Source: Blastocladiella emersonii ATCC 22665 (Eukaryota > Fungi > Blastocladiomycota). From it: a stretch of DNA of 64,000 nucleotides. The stretch covers positions 1,054,001-1,118,000 of the forward strand of contig JANHCV010000014.1 of NCBI GenBank assembly GCA_025594325.1. Direction: 5' to 3'. The first letter of the stretch is position 1. The number at the start of each line of letters is the position of its first letter. Positions 44,955 to 56,008 of this stretch are shown piece after piece. The notes beneath the pieces were generated by a model. It saw nothing but the letters and a program-made list of their open reading frames with translations, did not search any database and had not been told where the DNA came from. The position numbers were made by a program, and so were the translations under genes.

Positions 44955-46080
44955 AGCTCGGATGAAGCGGATCTATGGTGGAAGGATCACGAAAGGTCGA
45001 CGCGAGTTAGGGTGCCACGGAATGTTGTTGACAGCGACACGAGACACTAAAGCGCAGATGGATGGATATCGTGTACGTCTTGATGCGCGCATGAGCGGAG
45101 CGCTTTGTCTCGCTCTTGTTCGCCTGATGAAAGTTGCTGACGGAGCGATCCTCATCGTCGTGCGAAACCCCGGAGAACGTGAAGATTGTCAAAATTGTAC
45201 TGACGCACGCCCGTCGGTGGAAAGCCAGCATCAACGGTTCCAACCGCGGTCGCGACGGTTTGCTCAGCCGACTTTCTCTCGCCTCCAGTTGCTCGGTAGA
45301 CCTTGACAAGGAGTTTTCAGTGAATCCATAACACGTTTCGCCGCTGTGCAGGTAGCAGGGGTCGAGGTAAGAAGCGGCCAGCAGCGCAGCAGATGAGCCG
45401 CGGGTGATTGCGCTGGAGCAAAGCCAGATGCGCGCTTCGCTCGTGATGAAGTTCGCATCCCAGGCCGCCGAAGCAGAGATACCACGTAACCGCTCGTCGC
45501 GAGGGTTTAAGCGACTTCGTTGCACAACCCTCGCTTGGCACGACGTCCCTTGGCAAGTGAACAGGACGCGAGGGGTCGCCGGGCGGGCACAACGGCGGTA
45601 TAGTGGCGGCAACGGCGGTCAAGAAAAACGAGTTTTACGACACAAGGGGAAGAACTAGAACACAAATAGCATCGCCTTTGAGCCTGGGTCACCACGGGAA
45701 ACAAGGCACTGAAAGGCCCAGGTACCGTGAAAACATCCCACAACACGCTGCTCCACTCGGCGAGCTCGCCTAAGCAGCACTTGTGCAGTAGCAAGAGCAG
45801 AGTGCGAAAGCCATGCTAAAGGAACACTCAAGTCACCGGTCGAGTCGAGCACAGCACGTCGCCGTGCGAGCGCCACCCAAAGGCGCCGAGGTGGGACAGG
45901 ACCGACGTGTCGTCGATTTCATGATTTATGGAATCCATTGCATAGAGTAAATTAGCTTCATTGATTAAGGAGAGCAAACGGGAGGGGAGCGGAGCGGAAG
46001 CGAGAGCCGAAGCGAAGTGGCGCAACGCGACACGGGGAGTGATGTCATTGAGAAAAGTGTGACGGCCACGTGACGAGCGT
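44955..46080. repeat. Copy 2 of the diverged direct duplication
   Basis: Both copies read LRHFASALASA.LPS..L.LI.EA.LLYAMD.I.HE.D on the minus strand, with frameshifts and stops elsewhere. Confidence 0.85.
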
Positions 46081-46327
46081 TAGCCACGAAATCGCGGTCA
46101 CTATTTGCCGTCACACAGCCTTCGGCTGGCACCGGCGCAGGGCTTTGCCCTTTCGCCCTCATCCAACCTCGCGCCGCGCATGCTTTCGTACTCTCTGACC
46201 AAATCGTGCGACCACCTCCCGGCATACAAACGCTCGCTTGCCAACCCTGCGCTTCGCCGCGCGAACGAACACGCCGATGTTCAGGTTCCGCGTGATGGCA
46301 AGATCAAGGAAACTTCTTAAAGGCGGC

Positions 46328-46357
46328 CAGCGTCGCCTCGTTGCGTTGATGATCAGC
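46328..46357 (+). repeat. Solitary near-consensus copy of the 26-bp minisatellite unit
   Basis: cagcgtcgcctcgttgcgttgatgat-cagc. Confidence 0.9.
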
Positions 46358-46392
46358 ACAGGGCTAGCGGGCCCACTTTGTTCAGGGCCGGC

Positions 46393-46405
46393 CAGCCAAT
46401 CAGCG
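46393..46405 (+). promoter_or_regulatory. CCAAT box (CAGCCAATCAG), mirrored in inverted orientation at 48590-48602
   Basis: cagccaatcagcg here and cgctgattggctg at 48590-48602; matches the NF-Y/HAP consensus. Confidence 0.4.
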
Positions 46406-47801
46406 CGCGCGGAGCTGCAGGCGTTGCGCCACATCGCTCCACCGCACCGCTGCGGTGAGCTGGGCGCCAGCTGGGCGCGGGCTGAAAATCGATTTTCTTT
46501 TTTTCCTCGCCCCCTGTTTCCCTTGAGGGCGGGCTGCTGCAGTGCTTTTCAGGACTTCGCGTTTTTCGCGCTGCCCGGCGGCCGCCGTCCCTGCCCGCTC
46601 CCCCTCTCTCGTTTCCCCCGCGCTCCCTATCTTGTTCGCACACGCTTCGTCGACACAGCTCCACACTCTATACACTCGCATGTATTGCTGCCGCCGAGCC
46701 CGGCCCTCGCCCGGCGCGGGGCGGTCGCCGTCTCGCCGCGCAAGCTGGCGGCCGCGGCCCACGCTCGCGAAGCGCAAGCAATATACGAAGCCCTTCATCA
46801 CCCACACGAGTCTATCCTGCCTCCGTGAGCTCGACGCGTCTGTTGCGTCAGGCGGGAGCCATCGTTCCGCCCAAGGCGGCCGTCGCTGAGTGCGCCGCGC
46901 GCGGCGACGGGCGACGGGCGAAGACGACGCAGGGAGCCCGACGCTTGACGCGGCCCCCGCGCCGCTAGCCCGCCACCGTGAGACATACTCAGGGCGCCCG
47001 CTCGCACTCTCAACGCGCACGCACACCGCCGCGGTCGAGCCGGACTAGGACGCGGCTGCTGTCCGTGCCCGTGGCGAGACGACGGGGTGAGCTCCGTACC
47101 GCACACGACTCCCTGAGAGGGTGGTAGCCTGTTGGCGAACGCGCGCTGCTGTGCGCCCTCGCCGTGGCGGCCGACTCGGGCCGCTCCAAACCACGCATCG
47201 CGGCGGCGAAGCGGGTCGCGGCCGCGGCGCGCGACCAGCGCTGGCGCAGGACTGCGGCGGCTTGGACGTCCCTTAGTATCTCTTGACGGTCGCGAAGCAG
47301 CGGGGCGACGCCGTGCCTTGCGCCGAGCGCGTGGCGGGTGGACCGCGGCCGCGACCATGGCCATGGACATGGCCCGCACGCGCAGCGAGCTCTAATCCGC
47401 CGAGAAGCTCACCACCGCGACACACACACTATCGAACGCGAGAGACGGACCGTCTACACCGTCCACCCGCCGCCGCCCGCCCCGCGCCCGGGGGCGCGGC
47501 CGCGTCGCGGGCGGGCGGCCTGGAGCCCGCCTCACCGCGCGCGACTGGCCGCTGGGCGCGCCGGACACCGCCGCGGGGCTCGGGATCCGGTCACGCTCGT
47601 CAGTGAGAGTATTATCTGAGCCGTCGGCGTCGAGGCTGCGAGGATACGAGGGGTATTGAGGCGAGTGAGGTGAGCGACGGCGGCGGTCGGTGCACACGGC
47701 GAGGCGCAATATGGGGCTATCCACCCCCGCCGCGCGACCCTGACCGCTGCGCCGCTACGCCGGGCACCGACCCCCGCCCCGCCCGCCCGCCGGCCGCCGG
47801 C

Positions 47802-48377
47802 TATAAAGAGAGGGCCGCCGCCGCCTCCACATTCTTCTCCTCACAGCGGCCTTCGCCGGCCGTTCATCATCACCATGTATGCCTCGCGCGTCCCCACCTG
47901 CCTCGCCCGAGCCGCCACGCGCTCCACGCTGATGCTGACGTTCATCCTCCCGCCCGCTCGCACCGCGTAGATCTCAACCATGCCCGCACCGCTTCCCTGA
48001 CCGTCGGCCGCTGCAGGTACGTCGTACACGCCCACCGCGCCACCACGACGCACGCTGACATCGCCCTTACGCGCCTGTAGCTCGGGCTGACCAGCAACCC
48101 GCCGTCGTCGTTGCCCGCTGATGCACGTCCTGGTATGCTCTCCTCGCTCGCTCACCCGCTCCTCGCACGCAGGACTCGATCACTAACGACTGCGCCTCGC
48201 GCCTCCCACTCCTAGGCAACAACGACCTCTGCACCAACAGCAACACGGCGTCGGCTCAGTCTCGCCCGCGCGCCTCGTGTTCTGCACGGCGCCGCCGTCT
48301 TGGCCGGCGGCCTCGTCGCTCGCTCGGCGATCGCCTTCGCGCTGACGGCGGCGGCGCTCGGGCCGGTGCCTGACTAA
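47802..48377 (+). ncRNA. Putative spliced transcript with three canonical introns and no convincing ORF (lncRNA or decayed gene)
   Basis: TATAAA 47802-47807. Introns 47877-47970 (GTATGC..GCTGAC..TAG), 48017-48080 (GTACGT..GCTGAC..TAG), 48133-48215 (GTATGC..ACTAAC..TAG). Internal exons 46 and 52 nt. The first spliced ATG gives only MPAPLP*. 3' end uncertain. Confidence 0.45.
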
Positions 48378-48641
48378 GGTTCCGGCGCCGAAAACGTGTT
48401 CGTGCAGCGGCGGGTCGGCGGGTCGGGCCGGATCGGGGGTGGGGCGGGTTGGGGCGGTGGGGTGGGCTGGTGGATGCTATATTCGGACGAACCGGGCGCG
48501 CGCGCGTGCGCGTGCGGCGCGGCGCGTCGGGCGGGTCATGGGGTCAGTTGTGGCGCAAGCCGACCAATAAACTGCTTGACGAACAAGAACGCTGATTGGC
48601 TGAGCACCCCGCTCCAAAGTTGCAGAGCGGGCGTAGTGGAT

Positions 48642-49188
48642 CAGCGTTGCCTCGTTGCATTGATTGTCAGCGTCGCCTCCTTACGTCAATGTTCAGCGTC
48701 GCCTCGTTGAGTTGAAGTTCAGCGTCACCTCGTTGCGTTCATGATCAGCGTCGGCTCGTTGCATCGATGACCAGCGTCGCCTTGTTATATTGAAGTTCAG
48801 CGCCGCCTTGTTGCGTCAATGAACAGCGTCGCCTTGTTGGGTCGTGATCAACGTCGCCTTGTTGCATTAATCATCAGCGTCAGCCCGTTGTGTCGATGAC
48901 TAGCGTCGCCTCGTTGCGTTGATGGTGAGCGTCGCCTTGTTGCGTCAATGACCAGCGTCGCCTCGTTGCGTCAATGACCAGCGTCGCCTCATTGCCTTGC
49001 GTTGATGATCAACGTTGCCTTATTGGGTTGACAATCAGCGCCGCGTTGTGTCTATGACCAGCATCGCCTTGTTGAGTTCGTAATCAACGTCGCCTCGTTG
49101 CGTTCATGATCAGTGTTGCCTCGTTGCTTTCATGATCAGCGTTGCCTCGTTGCGTTGATTGCCAGCGTCGCCTCGTTCCGTCGCTGAG
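48642..49188. repeat. 26-bp minisatellite, ~21 diverged tandem units
   Basis: Consensus cagcgtcgcctcgttgcgttgatgat. Units start at 48642, 48668, 48694, 48720, 48746, 48772 ... 49163; three units are 25, 31 and 23 bp. No unique spacers. Confidence 0.95.
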
Positions 49189-49689
49189 TGACGCCGCGCC
49201 GCGCAACAGTGATTTAAGCCAAGATGAATCTCGAGTGCTGCGCTTGAGAGTCGACTAACGAACGAGTTGAGTTAGCTCAGACTACGCTGAAGTCGTCATA
49301 GCGAAACTATTGCGTTATTGTCGAGTTTCTGCCCCAGGATATGGTTGCTCATCTCCATCGCGACACGATCAAGGCAAGGATCAGGGGCTGCGACTCAACT
49401 CAGCCGCGCTGCTGCTGCTGTTGCCGCCTAACATGCTGCGCAGAGCGACAGTGACAAGGTAACACGTAAGGTGAACCGAAAAATTAACTGTGCAAGGAAA
49501 GCTAAATGAGGTACAGGGGCCAACTTGGCGCGGATGCGGCTAAAGTCGCACAGCAACCAAGAAACGTCATTGACACATCAAGTAGCAACAACAGAGTACA
49601 TTTTTGTTGCGGGTTGACTTTGATTCAGCGAGGGCGCGCGAGGGAGAAAGGGCGAGGGGACGCGTTCAGCCACTCACGTGACATGTATC

Positions 49690-50217
49690 AGCCTGATGAG
49701 GCAAGCCCAAATGTGACAATCAACGCCAGACCCGGTGGCGGAGCAGGTGGAGGTACGGTTGCAGATGCGGCAGGCGGAGGCGCAGAACCAGAAGCCGAAA
49801 GCGAGCTGGGTGCGACCGTTGAGGACAAGGTGGTTGAAGTAAGTGCATTGCTTACATGCGCGTTGAACGGTGGCACACGTGTTGAAAGTTCAGCGCGGTC
49901 GTTGGATCGTTGTTGATGAGAGCGAGCCGCAGGGCTGAGAGAGAGGACGGGTCGCGCAGATCTGCGGCGGACAGCGACAGCGACGCGAGCAGTCCATGGT
50001 ATGCGTCGATCAGCTCATGGAGCTTCTTGCCGACGGGCTCAGGGGCGCGTGTATGAGCAGAATGCTGAGCGAGCCAGGCGGCAGCGTGTCGAGCGGCAGC
50101 AGCGCGGTGGCCGCGCGACGCGAAGGTGGCGTCGTTGCTCGAGTCGAGGCACAGCCAGTCGACGAGGCGGTCACACTCCTCCGCGGTCCACCTTGGCCGA
50201 CTGTCGTGTTGCGGCAT
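49690..50217 (-). pseudogene. Frameshifted Myb/SANT-like DNA-binding protein gene
   Basis: MPQHDSRPRWTAEECDRLVDWL..VGKKLHELIDAY; a 1-nt deletion near 49876 breaks HVC-PPFNA before an S/P-rich tail. Confidence 0.5.
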
Positions 50218-50789
50218 GTTACAGCCGCTCAAGCTTTCGTTTCGTGGAGGAGAAGTGGAGTGCGCAACGTCGCCCGAGCCAAAGTCGCGAGCAAGCCGCA
50301 AAACGCGTTCAGCCACAGTCACGTGACATGTACGACGTGATGAAACCAAGTGAAATCCGCCAAAAGCACGTGACGCAGACCGAGACTTTCGAAGGGGCCA
50401 CCCAATATTTCAGGGCAAAGCCCTTCATTTCAGGGCAAAGCCCTGCAATGTCTCGCGGCTCACCCCGCATTGCTTTGGCCGTTTGGGACGCGTCGCGATT
50501 CATTCACGAGTGCGACGGGCGACGGGCGACGGGCGGGATGCCGTCTGTGAGCCGGACGCAGGTAGGCCTCAGCGGCGCCGTGCCCGCTCCATCACCCACC
50601 AAGCATCCGAGCCTTCCTTCCTTCCTTCAGGATCGGGAGAAACACGTCAAGGAAGACGAGAGAGGCTGTATGTAGGAATGATTTCCTCGTCACATGCATC
50701 CCATCGACCGATACTGGCCGAGTCGACACGCAGCGGCCACGCGTTTGCCGAAACCGGGGATGAATCACTCGTGGTTGAGCGATCCGTGA

Positions 50790-51830
50790 CCAGTGCGCAC
50801 GCGTGCCCGTTGGCCGCCGTCGTCTCGACTCGAGGGCATGGCGCCGTCGGATCTCGCCTGAGGTTAACAGGTGCTCGTGAGCGCATAGCGGGCGAGGCCG
50901 ACGAAGCAGACGCGGTCGAGGCAGAGTGGATCAGAGTGCCGGCGCGTGCGCGAGATCGCGGGCCGCTCTCGTACAAAAAGTTCGGGGAGGGTGTCTAGCA
51001 GCGGCGAGTGGGGGCAGAGCGAGAGTTAGGCCGGGGGCGTCGCATGCCGCGGCGACGCGAGGCGGGTCATCAAAGTACCGATGAGCTGCTGACCCAGACG
51101 GGCCGGGTACAGCGTTTTTTTTCGTCCAAGCCTGGTTCTGGGATAAGCTGATTGAAGAGCCGGGGCGCGCGCTTTAGTGATTGAAAAAGCTCGAGCCGAG
51201 TCACATCGAACATGGATGGGGGATGGCCAGAGGGATCGATTCAATGCGTGCGAGCCGTGAGCGGAAGCGAGGGCCTTCTGAGGCATGTTGTACAAGAACT
51301 CGAGAGAAAGCCATTGGCCGGTAGCCGAAGGGGCTTCTGCTGAAGGTAAGGAGCATCACGGTCCTTGCGAGCAAGCACCTGACGAGAATGACGATGGCGC
51401 GCAGTTGAATGTCGGCATCCTTGAGTGGAGCCCATGCAATGTCAGTGACCACCAACGTCACTTTGCAAATTCGGACCTCGGAGCCGAAAGTTTCGAGTCG
51501 AATTTCGTCCATGAGCTTGCTCTCGCGGGTCTTGAGCATGACGATGACCGCGATTGCCCAGAGCGTATTCGCCTCGACAGCCGCATTGTACAGCTAGGGG
51601 TACATGGCCGGATCGAGAGGCATATTGCCGCCGGTCCACGCGCGCAAAGTGTCGACCATGTCGCGTCGTCATCGTCGTCGCCGATATTGTGTAAGACAAG
51701 CGCGAGAGCGACCGCGTAGTAGACCTGTCGAGATTGACTTTGCGGCCCAACTCGTCCCCGCAGGAGCAATTTCGAGGGAGCGCTTGGGGTCGCGACTTGC
51801 GAGAGCAAAGAGCAAAGAGCAAAGAGCAAA
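50790..51830 (-). pseudogene. Decayed member of an unknown gene family (tandem paralog of 52220-53033)
   Basis: Frameshifted peptides ALVLHNIGDDDDDATW, LYNAAVEANTLWAIAVIVMLK and SASTASASSASPAMRS..VETTAANG align with the neighbouring copy. Confidence 0.55.
51803..51830. repeat. (GAGCAAA)4 microsatellite
   Basis: Four perfect 7-mers. Confidence 0.9.
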
Positions 51831-52219
51831 GTCCTCCATAGCTGGCCGCGCCAGAAGTTCTCGAGTCTGAGATTGAATGCTAAGTCGCGCCTAGGGCGGC
51901 GGCGTCGCGCACCGTGAGGTGCAAAGCGATATTTAGCTGCAGCGCGGGCGCGAGCGCGAGAGCACGTTGTGCGCGCGGCATGAGTAATCTATTGCGTGGA
52001 GTCATTCATCTGCGCGGCCATATCGTTGGAGGGAGGCGGTGGTGGCGATAAACCCGAAGCTTAACCGTTCCCGTTCCTACTCGTGCGCCCGCTGACGCGT
52101 ACTGCTATCACCGATCGCCCGAGTCTATGCGCAAAGACCATGATGGTCGCTTTCACAATCGCTTCGTGAACATTGAGAGGCAAGGGCCGCCGAAACCCAG
52201 CAAGCTTGGTCGATCCGTA

Positions 52220-53033
52220 ACCTCGCGCACGCGTCCGTTGGCCGCCGTCGTCTCAACCTGACGACACGGCGCCGTCAGTCTCGCCCGGGTTATCAGGGCT
52301 TGTGAGCGCATAGCGGGCGAGACTGACGAGGCATACGCGGTCGAGGCAGAGAGAAATCGGAGTGCCGACGCGTGCGCGAGATCACGGACCGTTCCTGTAT
52401 GAGGTGACGGGGAGTGTGTCGATCAGCAGAGCGTTCAGCTTGGCGAGCGTAACACGAAAGGCGTGGCGATGGCCAGAAAGCGCTTGGTGTCGCGGCGGGA
52501 AGGCTGAGCGGGGAAAACTTGATCGCCGCTGTAAAGAGATGCCGAAACAATTTAACCGCGTGCGGGCCGCGAGAAGGCGGGAGCTCAGTCGGCACATCGA
52601 GTAAGACATGCAGAAGAACTTGGACAGGCTGCCGCGCCAGTTGCAGCATCAGCTCGTCGCCTACGCGGACAGATGATGCATAAAAGACGGCGCGAAAAAG
52701 CACGGCGGCATCGCCAACCGTGGGTATCGGCATATCCAAAAGGGTTGGCATCCTGGAAGGAACACGGTTCTGCACTGCGGGGTCGTCGACGCATAGAAAA
52801 TACAGCAGCCTGCTCGTCTGAGCCTTGAGCCGGACAAGGACTGCGAGGGCCTGCACCGCATTTGCCCGGATGGCCGCGTGTACAAGGGTCGCGTACGCGT
52901 GAGGATCGATCGGTATCTGGTTGTCGGTCCACGTGCACCAGGCCGGGCCGTCGTCGTCGCCTACGTTGCGGCGGACCAGCGTGAGAATGAGGTCGCAGTG
53001 GAGCTGCTTGGCCGCTGCGTGGACGAGAATCAC
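52220..53033 (-). pseudogene. Decayed or truncated member of the same family (246-aa ORF plus frameshifted tail)
   Basis: LTLVRRNVGDDDGPAW, LVHAAIRANAVQALAVLVRLK; 52225-52390 is clearly similar at DNA level to 50797-50965. Confidence 0.55.
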
Positions 53034-53313
53034 CTTGACGGTGCGAAATTGTGGCAGAGCAAGGGTCTAGCGAGGAGTTGCATCAAGTTTCATGGTCTAG
53101 TATTCATGGATGGTGGCGATACAAGAGGGAGAAGCTGCTCAGCAGGCGATCAGCGCCGGCTGGCTCGCTCGCGTCACGCGCCCGTGTCCCTCGCGCGGCG
53201 CCCTCCCGCTTCCCGGCACCACCCCTGCCGGCACAGCCGACCGGCCACGCGCGGCAAGCCCGAGGCCCGATCACCTGCGAATTGCGATCCAAAAAGGTTG
53301 ATATACTCCCACA

Positions 53314-53338
53314 AGTCCAGTCCAGTCCAGTCCAGTCC
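53314..53338. repeat. (AGTCC)5 microsatellite
   Basis: Five perfect 5-mers just past the 3' end of the adjacent gene. Confidence 0.9.
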
Positions 53339-53355
53339 ACCGCTCCCGCGTCCGT

Positions 53356-56008
53356 CTAACCGAGCGCTTCTGACACCGTCGGCGGGTCGCTGCTGCTGCT
53401 CGATGACGTCAGCAGGTCGGCGAGACCCAGCACCGGACCCGCTACTGGCGCCGCCTCCGCTGCCGCGGGTGGTGGTGGTGGCGGTATCGTCGCGGCCGAG
53501 CCGTACCCGACGTCCTCGGCCATGGGCTGCGGCGGTAACGGGAGCGGGACCATGAGGTGAGCCGGGGCCGCGTCGATGCCGGCGAGCGGCGCGGTCGGTG
53601 GTAGTGGTATCCCGGCGGGCGTGACCTGGACCGACAGCGTCGCCGTCGCCGCCGCGTCTGGGACTAGTGGCGGCGGTGGTCCGTTCTGCTGTTGCTGCTG
53701 GGGCAACCCGGCCAGACCAGGACCCACAGCCGCCGGCTGCTGCTGTTGCTGCGGCGGTAGCTGGCTCGGCGCCGGGATCCACGTCGGCGCAGGAGTCGCA
53801 GGCCCATTCCCCGCGGCCGCGCCAGGCGGCGGCGCGCTGCCGCTCGAGTTCATGAAGACGCGGATGAGGTTGTGCAGGTCCCCGATCTCGGGCGACGCGG
53901 TGGGCTCGGCGCCGTCGGACGCGGGCGCCGACTGCTTCTTCTTGCGCGGGTACACGATCTCGGACCGCGGGCGGCCGCGGCGCCACGGGGTCGAGCGGGA
54001 GGTGGCCGCGGTGGTGTTACCCGAGGTCGTTGAGGGTGTGGTTGAGTTGGAGGCGGCGGCGGGTGGTGGGTTCGAGCTGCCGGGGATGATCGGGACGGCG
54101 GGGAGGACAGGGTGCACGGGGAGGACGGGCGCGGGGATCACGGGTGCGGGTACGGCGGGTGCTGGCGCGGCTGCTGAGGATGGTGGGGCGGGGGCCGAAG
54201 GGACTGAAGCCGGAGCAGGTGCTACTGGCTGCGCAGGGAGCGGGATCTGTGCCGTTGCTGTCGTCGCAGGGACCGCGGCGACGGGCTGCTCAGGTGCTGG
54301 CATGACCGGCGCAGGAACAGCAGCAGCCGGTCGCGTAGTCGGCGCCGCCGCCGCGTTATTCCGGTTCTGTCCCGACTGCGCCTGCGCCGTCGACGCAGGA
54401 GCCGGAGCCGACGCGGCCGGCTGCTGCTGCTGCGTCTGGATCGGGTTCGAGACAGCCGTCGGCCCGAGATTGATCCCCGATGCCGCCGCCGTCGCCGCTG
54501 CCGCAGCCGCCGCGGCCGCGACGGCGTGGTAGAGGGTGACGGAGCTGGGGAGCGGGGTCGAGTAGGCGTTGGGCATGTGCGACATCATCATGGGCGGGCC
54601 GGGGGCAGGCGCGGGACTGGGGCCCGGGCCCGGGTCGGACGAGGTCGAGGACGCGTCGCGGCCGCCCGCGAGCGCGTGCTGGTGCTGGTGCTGCGGCATG
54701 GCGAAGGAAGAGGCGCGCGAGGTCGGGAACTCGGGGCCGGCGGACTGCGCGCGCGCGGTCGTCGCTGTCGTGGAACCCGCACCCGACGTCGACGGGTCAG
54801 CGGACGCGTGCGTTACCGATCCAGGCGCGGCCGAGAGCCCGAGCGCCGACTGCTGCTGCCCCTGCCCCTGCTGCGACGGCTGCTGCTGCTGCGGCATCGG
54901 AGTCCACGCGGACAGTGACGCGGTCCCCGTCGCAGCGCTGGCGGCCGTGTAGTCCGAGTTGAACTGGTAGGGCGAGAGGACGGCGGGGAGGTTGACCGAG
55001 TCCTGGGCGGCAGCGGCCGCAGCGGCGGCGTTGGCGCGGATCTGCGAGATGGCGCGGTACAGGCGCACGCTCGGCGGGGTGTCGTGCGACATGAGCGGGT
55101 CCTCGACGACGACGTGTTTCGCAGCGGCGGCTACGGCGGCAGCGGCAGCAGGAGGAGGCGGCGGTGCCGGGTTTGAGGGGGCGGGGAGGTCCTCGGCCAT
55201 GGGTTCCGGGACGAGGAAACCCATGTCGGCCGCGGGCTCGGGCGCCAGCTCGCGCGCCACGGGGATCCCGCCGAGCGAGTGCGTAGTCCGGTTCCCGCCG
55301 GGCAGCGTGGACGGCGGACCCATGGGCATGCCCGGCGCGATGGGCCCGCCGGCGCCGTTGACCTTGGGCACCGGCGCCGGCGCGGGGGCGGCGAGCGGGC
55401 GGTTGTTGGGCGCCGAGTAGACGACGACGTGGGGCGGGCTGGTGCGCCTGCGCTTGGCGGAGGCGGGGAGGATCTCGAACTCGACGGCGAACAGCGTGGC
55501 GCCCGTGTTGCCAGGCGGCAGCAGCGGGTGCAGCGAGGCGCGGCGGCGCTTGAAGGTGCTGCGCGGCGCCGCGGCGATGCGCGCATGCGCGGCCGAGAGC
55601 TGCGACTTGAGTTGCTTGGCAAGGGCAATCTACGTGTTGGGAGAAGGGTTAGCGCGCGCGCGTCGTTGGGTCGCGGGGGGTAGGACGGACCATCTCCCGC
55701 GACGGCGGGTTCGGACGTGGCGGATCCGGGGCGGCGACCGCGAGGACCGGCAATGGCGGTGCGGCGGGAGGCAGCAGCTGGTGGCGCGCGGCGTTGGCGA
55801 GCGAGATGAGGCGCGACGCGCACTCGTCCGTGTCGTCGAGGGCAGCCGACGCGGGCAGCATGCTGACGGGCGTGTCGGCGAGCGGCAGCGCCGGTGCGGG
55901 TGCGGGCGCGTCGACGGGGCGGGTCGAGGTCGGTCGCACGTCGGCGGTGGCGGCCGACGCGGTGGTGGTCGCGTCGGGTGGCGAGGGCAGGCGCACGGTG
56001 GTCGCCAT
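53356..56008 (-). CDS. Low-complexity P/A/Q-rich protein with an AT-hook (~863 aa), putative nuclear regulator
   Basis: Exons 56008-55691 and 55629-53356 (61-nt intron, GCTAAC branch) are in frame. WRRGRPRS AT-hook plus PRKKK near 53940-53990; KRRR basic motifs. Confidence 0.6.

Noticed and set aside
48642-49188. CRISPR-like appearance of the regular array
   Set aside because: Units are contiguous with no unique spacers, no cas genes are present, and the DNA is eukaryotic. The 26-bp period also puts stops in all frames, so it is not a coding repeat.
46317-49218. piggyBac/Kolobok-type element between TTAA sites at ~46317 and ~49215
   Set aside because: Sequences inside the TTAA sites are not inverted repeats and no transposase is present.
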